This document shows, in pieces, positions 38,571-45,799 of a stretch of DNA of 45,799 bases. The DNA is from a bacterium. GTDB taxonomy: Bacteria; Patescibacteriota; Minisyncoccia; Phycocordibacterales; UBA5272. Where the stretch lies: the NCBI GenBank assembly GCA_023267635.1, contig JAHFMX010000001.1, forward strand, positions 149,165 to 194,963. Direction: 5' to 3'. Below the pieces are notes generated by a model. That model was not told where the DNA came from. It made no database searches and worked only from the letters and a program-made list of their open reading frames with translations. How positions within the stretch are numbered: the first letter of the stretch is position 1; each line of letters opens with the position of its first letter. The translations under genes were made by a program, and so were the position numbers.

Positions 38571-39668
38571 ATGTCACTCTCAATCGGTATTGTAGGTCTT
38601 CCAAATGTTGGTAAATCAACACTCTTTAATGCGCTCACGAAAAAATCTGTACCAGCGGATAACTATCCTTTTTGTACTATCGATCCGTCAGTTGGTATTG
38701 TTCCTGTTCCTGATGAACGACTTGAGGCGCTTTCAAAAATTTCTGGTTCAAAGAAAATAATTCCAGCGATTGTGGAGTTCGTAGATATTGCAGGTCTTGT
38801 TAAGGGGGCCTCTGAAGGGCTTGGACTCGGTAATCAATTCCTCACACATATTCGTGAGACTGACGCTATTGCAGAAGTGGTTCGTATTTATGAGAACGCA
38901 GATCTTATTCACGTGGAAGGAACGGTGGACCCAATGCGTGATATTGAAATCATCAACATGGAACTTATCTTGGCCGACATGCAGACGGTTGATAAGCGAG
39001 CTCAAACAATTGGACGAGATGTAAAACGTGGAGATAAGGACGCAGTTAAACTGCAAGGTGTTATCGAACGCCTACAAAAGTTGTTCGCTGAAGAAAAACT
39101 TGCGAATAGATTGGAACTTGATGAAGAAGAACACAAACTTGTGCGTGATCTACACCTCATTACTATGAAGCCGTTTCTCTACGTGTTGAATAAGCAATCA
39201 GGTGGAAAAAATTTGGATGAAATGAAAGACCCACGATTTGATGCACTTGTTGCATATTTTAAAGAAAACAAATTCCACTATGTTGTCGTGGACGCAAAGA
39301 TTGAAGATGAGCTCAAAGACTTCGAAGGAACAGAGCGTGATGAGATGCGTTCTGAACTTGGTGCGCACGATAGCGGAGTAGATCATCTTATTAAAGCAGG
39401 CTACGACCTTCTTGGACTTGAGACATATCTTACGACAGGGGAAATGGAAACACGTGCATGGACTATCAAGAAAGGTTCTACTGCGCCTCGTGCAGCAGCA
39501 GCTATTCACTCTGACTTTGAAACAAAGTTTATTCGCGCTGAAGTTGTTGCCTGTGATGATTTAGTACAAGCTGGAAGCTTTGCAGAAGCAAAAGCGAAAG
39601 GAGTACTACGAACAGAAGGGAAGGAATATGTCGTCCAAGATGGCGACGTCATAGAATTCAAAATCTAA
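38571..39668 (+). CDS. ychF: Redox-regulated ATPase YchF
   Basis: [38 protein letters not shown] and TGS domain. Confidence 0.97.
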   Translation: MSLSIGIVGLPNVGKSTLFNALTKKSVPADNYPFCTIDPSVGIVPVPDERLEALSKISGSKKIIPAIVEFVDIAGLVKGASEGLGLGNQFLTHIRETDAIAEVVRIYENADLIHVEGTVDPMRDIEIINMELILADMQTVDKRAQTIGRDVKRGDKDAVKLQGVIERLQKLFAEEKLANRLELDEEEHKLVRDLHLITMKPFLYVLNKQSGGKNLDEMKDPRFDALVAYFKENKFHYVVVDAKIEDELKDFEGTERDEMRSELGAHDSGVDHLIKAGYDLLGLETYLTTGEMETRAWTIKKGSTAPRAAAAIHSDFETKFIRAEVVACDDLVQAGSFAEAKAKGVLRTEGKEYVVQDGDVIEFKI

Positions 39669-39783
39669 AAAACATTCCATCTTCGTTGTTGTGACTTTAT
39701 TTTTGTCAGTCACCGTAGATTAACTACGTTTTCTTCCAAAAACTTGTCACGCCTAGAATATGAAACATTTTTTAGATTTTGAA
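39657..39783 (+). repeat. Nested fold-back element at the ychF 3' end (family member C)
   Basis: 16-bp perfect outer arms (39657-72/39768-83) including the stop codon; GTGAC/GTCAC middle arms; CGTAG/CTACG inner hairpin. Confidence 0.8.
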
Positions 39784-39799
39784 AGCTTAAGATATAAAT

Positions 39800-39832
39800 A
39801 AATAAGCCAGCCAATCCGAAGATTGACTGGCT
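39800..39832 (-). terminator. Intrinsic terminator with C(UUCG)G loop
   Basis: AGCCAGTCAATC-TTCG-GATTGGCTGGCT-TATTT; the G-U wobble works only on the minus strand. Confidence 0.85.
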
Positions 39833-40013
39833 ATGGAACTACCTTACCCTGTTTCATCCCTACGGAATCATCAGGAGAAGAATCCACTTGTTTGTAATCT
39901 GACTGAAATCAAGATTACGGGACGCGTGATATTGGGAAGTCTTTTTCTGGATGGCGCCAGTTAAGACCTTGTCACACCCAACATCTGCTTCTCTACATGA
40001 ACAGGTATTCCAT
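39800..40013 (-). ncRNA. Stand-alone structured RNA with a type III hammerhead-ribozyme-like core
   Basis: Consensus promoter; 5' ATGGAA pairs with TTCCAT just before a C(UUCG)G terminator; CTGATGA (39874-68), stem II, GAAAC (39855-51), GTA triplet (39996-94), stem I GAGAAG/CTTCTC; only tiny ORFs (6-7 codons) seen. Confidence 0.7.
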
Positions 40014-40018
40014 AATCT

Positions 40019-40047
40019 ATTATAACAGATTATTAAGTTAATGTCAA
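40019..40047 (-). promoter_or_regulatory. Perfect-consensus sigma70 promoter driving the hammerhead-like RNA
   Basis: TTGACA (40047-42), 17 nt, TATAAT (40024-19), with extended TG. Confidence 0.9.
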
Positions 40048-40100
40048 GTAAATAAGATTATTAGATACTTACATCTTAAATTAACTGATATACTTTTTCT

Positions 40101-40550
40101 ATGTATATTCTTTATGCGCTCCTCGGTGCAGTTATGGCTTCTATCGGAACTATTTTTGCAAAAGTTGGATTGAAAGGCGTCGATGCAAATCTTTTAACAG
40201 CGCTTCGGGGAATTGTTATGGCGGTGATCGTAACGCTTGCCGCACTTTCGTTTGGGAAATTTACTCAAGCAGGACTTTCATCGCTCACGGCTAAACATTG
40301 GCTTTTTATTATTCTCTCTGGGCTCGCAGGAGCATTATCATGGATATTCTTTTATCATGCACTATCTGCTGGACCGACCGTAACGGTAACAGTGCTTGAT
40401 AAGTTGTCCCTCGTTTTCACTGCAATTCTCACAATGATTGTATTGGCAGAAGGGATAACACTGCAAGCGGGGGTGGGGCTTGTGTTGGTTGTTGTGGGAA
40501 CAATTCTCGTTGCAATTCCTTGGAATAGCTTGATTTCATTCGTTAAATAG
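40101..40550 (+). CDS. EamA/DMT-family small transporter
   Basis: Five TM segments; FAKVGLKGVD...LSGLAGALSWIFFYHAL...LDKLS pattern. Confidence 0.88.
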   Translation: MYILYALLGAVMASIGTIFAKVGLKGVDANLLTALRGIVMAVIVTLAALSFGKFTQAGLSSLTAKHWLFIILSGLAGALSWIFFYHALSAGPTVTVTVLDKLSLVFTAILTMIVLAEGITLQAGVGLVLVVVGTILVAIPWNSLISFVK

Positions 40551-40552
40551 AC

Positions 40553-40582
40553 TTGACAAATAGCACTAAATAGTGCTATAAT
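40553..40582 (+). promoter_or_regulatory. Sigma70 promoter with a 9-2-9 palindromic operator between -35 and -10
   Basis: TTGACA (40553-58), 18 nt, TATAAT (40577-82); ATAGCACTA-AA-TAGTGCTAT at 40560-79. Confidence 0.75.
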
Positions 40583-40587
40583 ATATA

Positions 40588-40658
40588 TCCAACTATTGAT
40601 CGCAGTTGCCATACTGTTGTTGGTTCAGGGAGCGTCGCGTGACGCTCCCTATTTTTTT
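40588..40658 (+). ncRNA. Candidate ~70-nt small RNA or attenuated leader
   Basis: Between the promoter and a strong terminator AGGGAGCGTC-GCGT-GACGCTCCCT-A-T7; internal stems CCAAC/GTTGG and CAGT/ACTG. Confidence 0.5.
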
Positions 40659-40743
40659 GCCTATGTGCGTCTGTGCTTAACTTTCCTATACAACCTATTT
40701 TTACTGATACTCTTAGTATAGAGGCACAACAAAGGAGATCACC

Positions 40744-40986
40744 ATGAACACTCTGCATGGTAGCGTGAATTGCGAAAAGTGTGATGGGGAGCGAGAGCTT
40801 CCTGCTTGGTACGCAAATGAAGAAGAACAAGAACTTAGTTTTTATTACGACCTGTGCCCATGCACAGGAAAAACAAATCACCGACCGAATGAGAAAAGCG
40901 TCAGTGAAGAAGAGTACTATCGCCTGAAGCTGAAGTGGGCGAAACCACCACCATCCCCAGACCTTTCATTTCAAGCCGCTGCATAA
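40744..40986 (+). CDS. Small orphan protein with a possible Zn-binding motif
   Basis: CEKC...LCPC; AGGAG 6 nt before the ATG. Confidence 0.7.
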   Translation: MNTLHGSVNCEKCDGERELPAWYANEEEQELSFYYDLCPCTGKTNHRPNEKSVSEEEYYRLKLKWAKPPPSPDLSFQAAA

Positions 40987-41358
40987 ACGGGAAGCTTTTG
41001 CTTGTCGTTTTTTCTTATTTGCTTTTTCGTTTGTATGGAGTATTCTATGGAAGTGCAGGCTGGTCAATGATATACAAACGAAAGCTGATCACCAGTCTGA
41101 TGGTTCTCCGCCGTTGACCGAACGCTGGGCGAAGTAAGAACTTGTAGGACGTCTTATCACGACAGATATCCTCTTGTTTTGAAAAGTTTGGAAATAGGTT
41201 GTCTGACTACACCCAGGGACTTGAGAAGGAACAACTGGAGTGTGTCGTGACATGTCCAACTTTTCTTGTTTCTGGGAGTTTTCAAAAACACGAACCGTAG
41301 AGGTTCGTTTTTTCTTTTGTAAATTTCCTTCAGTAGAGTATTTTGCTATAATCAAACG

Positions 41359-43326
41359 ATGTCATTGACCGTAAACGAGATTCGTTCAAAATTTTTAAAC
41401 TATATGTTGGAGAAGGGGCACGCCGTTGTTCCTTCAGCTTCTCTTGTACCAGAGAACGACCCAACAACACTCTTTACGGGTTCAGGTATGCAACCGATGC
41501 TTCCGTATCTTCTAGGGCAGCCACACCCACTTGGTAAGCGTATAGCAGACTCACAGAAGTCATTTCGTTCACAAGATATTGAAGAAGTGGGAGATAATCG
41601 TCATACAACCTTTTTTGAAATGCTTGGGAACTGGTCGTTTGGAGATTATTTTAAAGAAGAAGAAATTACATGGATGTGGACGTTCCTTATTGATGAACTT
41701 AAACTTGATCCAAGCAATTTTTATGTAACCTGTTTTGCGGGGAATGAAGCATTAGGCGTTCCGCGGGATACATTTTCAGCAGACCTTTGGCAGAAGCTTT
41801 TTGCAGAATATGGAGTTGATGCAAATATAAGCGATACACCAGAAGAAGGAATTGGGGAAGGTGAAAGAATTTTCTATTATAGTGAAAAGAAAAACTGGTG
41901 GTCACGAAGCGGAGTTCCTCAAAATATGCCAGAAGGTGAGCCAGGGGGGCCTGACAGTGAAATGTTCTATGACTTTGATCCGAAGAACGAAAAGAAAGTT
42001 CACGAGAACAGTGCTTGGAAAAATGAACCATGTCACGTGAACTGTGACTGTGGACGTTTTCTTGAGATTGGGAATAATGTATTCATGCAGTACAAGAAAA
42101 CTGCAAATGGTTTTGAAGAATTGCCACAGATGAATGTGGATCATGGTTCTGGACTTGAACGCTATGCTGCAGCGCTTCGTAATGATTCTGATATGTTTAA
42201 TATTGATGTGTTTGATGAACCAAAGAAAACAATTGCTCGTCTTTCTGGTAAGAACTATGGGGCAAATGATATAGAGATTTATGCATATCGTGTTGTGCTT
42301 GACCATATTCGATCAGCAACATTTCTTATTGGAGACGGTGTCATGCCAGGGAACAAAGATCAAATGTACTTTGTACGTCGTCTTATTCGTCGCGCAGTGA
42401 GATTTGCGCGCAACTTGGGTGTGCAAGAAAATTTTACAAAAGAAGTTGCGAGTTCATTTATTGAAACGTATAAAGGAGAGTATAAAAATCTAGAAGAAAA
42501 GAAAGAAAGTATCCTTACAGAAATTGATAGAGAGGAAAGTAAGTTTAGAAAGACTCTTGAGAATGGGATTAAAGAGTTTGAAAAAGTTATTGCTAAAGAT
42601 AAAGGCGATGAAGCTTGGAATAAATTAAATCCAAATGAAAGCAACATAAATCCCAATGATGTACTTAGGTGGGAGATTCCAGCCGATGTTGCTTTTAATT
42701 TACTACAGTCTTTTGGATTTCCAATTGAGTTAACAGAAGAAATTGCTAAAGAAAAAGGATTCAGTGTGGATATGAGTGGTTTTGAAGAACTAAAAAAACA
42801 ACACTCAGAATCTTCTCGTACAGCATCTGCTGGAAAGTTTAAAGGAGGTCTCGGTGGAGATGGAGAAATGGAAGTGAAATTCCACACTGCAACACACTTG
42901 CTCCACGAAGCGCTTCGTCAGGTGCTTGGAGATCATGTACTACAAAAAGGGTCAAATATCACCTCTGAGCGTTTACGTTTTGATTTTTCGCATGGTGAAA
43001 AAATGACAGATGAACAAAAAGCTAATGTAGAAAAGATTATCAATGATGTTATTGCTGCTGATCTTCCTGTACATCGTGAGGAGGTTTCGTATGAAGAAGC
43101 TCGTGCGCGAGGCGCGATTGGAGTGTTTGACGCAAAGTACGATGCTACCGTTTCTATTTATACAATTGGAGCACAAACAGGAAAGCGTGGAGAGGCAAAC
43201 TTGTTCTCAATGGAATTCTGTGGAGGCCCACACGTAGAGCACACAGGTCAATTGGGTCATTTCAAGATTGCTAAAGAGGAAGCGGTATCGGCAGGTGTCA
43301 GAAGAATTAAGGCAGTTTTAGAGTAA
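41359..43326 (+). CDS. alaS: Alanyl-tRNA synthetase (no C-Ala domain)
   Basis: DPTTLFTGSGMQ, HTTFFEMLGNWSFGDYFK; editing motifs HTATHLL and CGGPH. Confidence 0.96.
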   Translation: MSLTVNEIRSKFLNYMLEKGHAVVPSASLVPENDPTTLFTGSGMQPMLPYLLGQPHPLGKRIADSQKSFRSQDIEEVGDNRHTTFFEMLGNWSFGDYFKEEEITWMWTFLIDELKLDPSNFYVTCFAGNEALGVPRDTFSADLWQKLFAEYGVDANISDTPEEGIGEGERIFYYSEKKNWWSRSGVPQNMPEGEPGGPDSEMFYDFDPKNEKKVHENSAWKNEPCHVNCDCGRFLEIGNNVFMQYKKTANGFEELPQMNVDHGSGLERYAAALRNDSDMFNIDVFDEPKKTIARLSGKNYGANDIEIYAYRVVLDHIRSATFLIGDGVMPGNKDQMYFVRRLIRRAVRFARNLGVQENFTKEVASSFIETYKGEYKNLEEKKESILTEIDREESKFRKTLENGIKEFEKVIAKDKGDEAWNKLNPNESNINPNDVLRWEIPADVAFNLLQSFGFPIELTEEIAKEKGFSVDMSGFEELKKQHSESSRTASAGKFKGGLGGDGEMEVKFHTATHLLHEALRQVLGDHVLQKGSNITSERLRFDFSHGEKMTDEQKANVEKIINDVIAADLPVHREEVSYEEARARGAIGVFDAKYDATVSIYTIGAQTGKRGEANLFSMEFCGGPHVEHTGQLGHFKIAKEEAVSAGVRRIKAVLE

Positions 43327-43337
43327 CTGTCTACTGC

Positions 43338-43787
43338 ATGGATGTACTTGATTATTTGGGTCAAGCAACAAAGTCTCTCTTTCGTTTTGAGGCGCTACAA
43401 ATATACAATATTACTGAGGAGAATCTCGATGACGATTCTTCTATGGAGGATTGGTGGCAATTTGTTAAAGAAAAAACTTCTCACGGGGTGATGATGCAGC
43501 GTGTGCGTTTTGTAAAAGAACCAGAGACAAGCTATATACAGAGAGAACTTGAGACTCATAAGAAAACCGCTCTCTTCGGTGATAATATTTATGTTCTTAA
43601 AGATAAAGATTGGAGGCAAGTCATTTCAAAAGATTTTTGGATTATAGATGACAAGCTTGTGCTTATCATGAATTACAGCGATATGGGCGAATATCTTGAT
43701 TTTGAAGTAGTGAAAGAAGTAGGTACGTATAGAGCGCTTAAAGAACAGTTACTTAAGCATTCCTCTCCACTAGTAACTACCAACTAG
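43338..43787 (+). CDS. DUF6879-like protein
   Basis: SLFRFEALQIY...QRVRFVKEPETSYIQRE...DFWIIDD..VLIMNYS pattern, recognised from memory of the family. Confidence 0.65.
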   Translation: MDVLDYLGQATKSLFRFEALQIYNITEENLDDDSSMEDWWQFVKEKTSHGVMMQRVRFVKEPETSYIQRELETHKKTALFGDNIYVLKDKDWRQVISKDFWIIDDKLVLIMNYSDMGEYLDFEVVKEVGTYRALKEQLLKHSSPLVTTN

Positions 43788-43806
43788 TGACTATATACTG
43801 TCATAT

Positions 43807-44190
43807 ATGAATTCACATCTCGTTATTACTGTTGCTGATCGTGAGACAGCTATTGCATACGTTGTAGATGGACACTCAATTGTCTCTCATGTACATCCTG
43901 TGGGAATCAAACATATTGAGATTGAAGGTATGAATAAAGAAGCAGCTTCAAAGTTTATTGATGGAGTTATGTATACGTTAGAATTTATTTCGCTACACGA
44001 TAGAATCCCAACTCATTTCACCTTAGTAACACCTGCACATGCCACCTGGCTTGGTGAGGCACTGGAGTCTGCTTCTTATACACAGTTCTATACTGACGGA
44101 GCGCCAGTGAGTGTTACACTAAAGGGTATACAAGACGTTCCTCTTTCTTATGCAAGACATTCGCAAACCATACTCTCGTTCAAAGTCTAA
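43807..44190 (+). CDS. Hypothetical protein
   Basis: Open frame preceded by TATACT; overlaps the next gene. Confidence 0.65.
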   Translation: MNSHLVITVADRETAIAYVVDGHSIVSHVHPVGIKHIEIEGMNKEAASKFIDGVMYTLEFISLHDRIPTHFTLVTPAHATWLGEALESASYTQFYTDGAPVSVTLKGIQDVPLSYARHSQTILSFKV

Positions 44191-45571
44191 CCACACTCTA
44201 ACTGACAAGGTTGAGGCTTTTGAAACAAATCACTACCCAACAGATGAAGAGGTAGAAATTCCTGTTCAAATCCCTGTACGTCAGAGAAGTTTTAAGGAGA
44301 GGCGAAATGTCGACAGCATGGAAATGTTTCCTGTACGAGGGCGCCGTTCATATGATCAGGTAAACGATGAGCCTCTCGTAGATCGCCGAGGTGGTGATAT
44401 TGTGTACCGTGATCCACGCACACGATATGAAAACAAAAGACAGTCTATTGGTACACTCGCATTTATTGGGGTCATGTTGTTTGTACTTGTTGGTGGAAGT
44501 TTGCTCACATTTGTTTTTAACCGAGCAACTGTCACCATTACTCCAAAGTACGAAGATATAAGTGACTTCCGAAAACCTATCACGTTTGCTCAAGCTGGAA
44601 GCGATAATGAAAACACTGTTCTCTATACACTTGCGACAACCTCTCTTTCAAAGAGTAAGACTCTTACTCTTTCAGAAGCAAAAAAAGTAGAAGCGAAGGC
44701 AACAGGAAAAATAATCATTTACAATAATTATAGTGCTGAATCTCAGCGACTTATAAAGAATACTCGTTTTGAATCCTCTACCGGTAAAATTTACCGTATT
44801 AACCAATCTGTTACTGTTCCGGGAAAGAAAGGACAAACTCCAGGAAGTGTAGAAGTCGTTGTCTACGCTGACAGTGTGGGAGCGGAATACAATACAGCGC
44901 CGTCTGACTTTACTATTCCAGGCTTTAAGGGTAGTGCACAATTCGATGCCTTCTACGCTCGTTCTAACGGGCCAATCACTGGAGGGGCTTCGGGAAACGT
45001 ATCATCTGCTTCTCTTTCAGATATTAACGCTGCAAAGGATGCGCTTGCCATTGAATTAAAGCAAGAACTTACGCAGAAATTCTTGAAAGAAAAAATGGAT
45101 GGATATATTGGTCTTTATAATGCAATTGATATTGTGTATGTTGATAATGAGCAAGAGTTACTTCTCGGCACAACGGCTACCTATCAAATTACAGCGACAG
45201 GATACCTTATGTTTGCAAAAGATAATGAGCTCGCTCAATCAGTGGCGCTTTCTGTGAGAGATTACAAAGGGGAGTCAGTTCGTCTTGATGATACAGATAC
45301 ATTAACGTACACACGTAAAGATACTGATCGATTAGCTGTCGTACAGTCGCTTGAAGTGCTTACAGAAGGCTCTCCACGTGTTGTATTCCTTACAAATGAC
45401 ACGACTCTAAAAGAACTTGTTGCAGGAAAGAAACGTTCAGAGTTTACTTCGCTCATGAAGTCTATTGATTCAATAGAAGGGGCTGAAATTAGCTTCTCAC
45501 CGCTTTGGCTCTCAGCTTTCCCAGATGAAGTTTCTAAAATTTCTATTGTCGAATCACTGCCTAAGCGCTAG
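44150..45571 (+). CDS. Single-TM protein with an extracytoplasmic domain resembling baseplate J/gp47-annotated CPR proteins
   Basis: Charged N-terminus, TM near aa 100-125, ATGKIIIYN...TRF...GSVEVVVYADSVGAEYN...GG pattern; the family call is tentative. Confidence 0.65.
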   Translation: MQDIRKPYSRSKSNHTLTDKVEAFETNHYPTDEEVEIPVQIPVRQRSFKERRNVDSMEMFPVRGRRSYDQVNDEPLVDRRGGDIVYRDPRTRYENKRQSIGTLAFIGVMLFVLVGGSLLTFVFNRATVTITPKYEDISDFRKPITFAQAGSDNENTVLYTLATTSLSKSKTLTLSEAKKVEAKATGKIIIYNNYSAESQRLIKNTRFESSTGKIYRINQSVTVPGKKGQTPGSVEVVVYADSVGAEYNTAPSDFTIPGFKGSAQFDAFYARSNGPITGGASGNVSSASLSDINAAKDALAIELKQELTQKFLKEKMDGYIGLYNAIDIVYVDNEQELLLGTTATYQITATGYLMFAKDNELAQSVALSVRDYKGESVRLDDTDTLTYTRKDTDRLAVVQSLEVLTEGSPRVVFLTNDTTLKELVAGKKRSEFTSLMKSIDSIEGAEISFSPLWLSAFPDEVSKISIVESLPKR

Positions 45572-45618
45572 TCTGCGTTGATTAAAGAGGCTATATCTGA
45601 TACACTTTACTCCTAACT

Positions 45619-45798
45619 ATGGATGAAAACGATATTGAGATAGTGGAAGGACGTGTTACGGAGGCACTCCCAAGTGCTCTTTTTAGAATCCAGCTGGCAA
45701 ATGGAAAGACAACACTAGCTAATCTCGCTGGGCGCATGCGTATTCACAAGATTAAAGTTCTTGTAGGGGATAAAGTAAGCATGCAGATAGATCCATAC
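45619..45798 (+). CDS. infA: Translation initiation factor IF-1 (3' truncated by window edge)
   Basis: EGRVTEALPSALFRIQLANG...LAGRMRIHKIKVLVGDKV; read manually, absent from the ORF track. Confidence 0.95.
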   Translation, partial: MDENDIEIVEGRVTEALPSALFRIQLANGKTTLANLAGRMRIHKIKVLVGDKVSMQIDPY

Positions 45799-45799
45799 T

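Noticed and set aside
39833-40013. 6S RNA as the identity of the 181-nt RNA
   Set aside because: Length and end pairing fit, but the predicted fold is branched with the main apical loop near nt 60, not a symmetric rod with a central bubble; kept only as an alternative to test
40560-40579. CIRCE (HrcA) operator
   Set aside because: Half-sites are similar, but the spacing is about 2-4 nt instead of N9 and no chaperone gene lies downstream
40596-40721. 41-aa hydrophobic TTG-start ORF as a type I toxin
   Set aside because: No SD, it runs through a strong terminator, and the hydrophobicity is explained by T-rich sequence
41050-41345. T-box riboswitch for alaS
   Set aside because: No T-box (GGTGG-ACC) antiterminator or stem I motifs; alaS has its own extended -10 six nt before the ATG
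585-45456. Numerous 60-175 aa ORFs overlapping known genes on the other strand or frame
   Set aside because: No motifs or start signals; expected shadows of real CDSs
1-45799. CRISPR array, rRNA, intact transposase/integrase, reverse transcriptase or DGR
   Set aside because: No regularly spaced repeats, rRNA motifs, DDE/tyrosine recombinase or RT motifs seen; no template/variable repeat pair noticed for the fibre gene
1-45799. Alternative genetic code (TGA read-through as in Gracilibacteria/SR1)
   Set aside because: All core genes are intact under code 11, and TGA acts as a stop directly adjacent to terminators in orphan genes

Overview
A roughly 40% GC chromosomal window with the gene content and compact style of a Patescibacteria (CPR, Parcubacteria-like) bacterium; the taxonomy is inferred, not proven. 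Core genes: partial tlyA-like methyltransferase, RRM protein, ABC-F ATPase, DHH phosphoesterase, tRNA-Asn(GTT), ECF sigma factor, hpf, cyclophilin, fmt, def, helicase-degenerate priA, two mreB paralogs, holB-like, frr, rseP, proS, mreC, mrdA, greA, lysS, mraZ-rsmH-ftsL-ftsI, dsbA-like, ychF, EamA, alaS and partial infA. There is also a 1946-aa phage-tail-fibre-like surface protein with an N-terminal transposase-type HTH. No rRNA, CRISPR array, integrase or intact transposase is visible. The most unusual signals are non-coding. (1) A self-contained minus-strand RNA gene (40013 to about 39800) with a consensus promoter and a UUCG terminator folds into a type III hammerhead ribozyme carrying a structured ~107-nt insert. 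(2) A dispersed family of nested fold-back elements whose outer arms are inverted copies of host gene 3' ends. (3) A tRNA-Asn locus flanked by degenerate and antisense copies of itself. (4) A second small promoter-terminator RNA with a palindromic operator. (5) Single orphan genes with Shine-Dalgarno sites sit among core genes that appear SD-less and near-leaderless. An unannotated 50-aa two-TM ORF occupies the mreD position.
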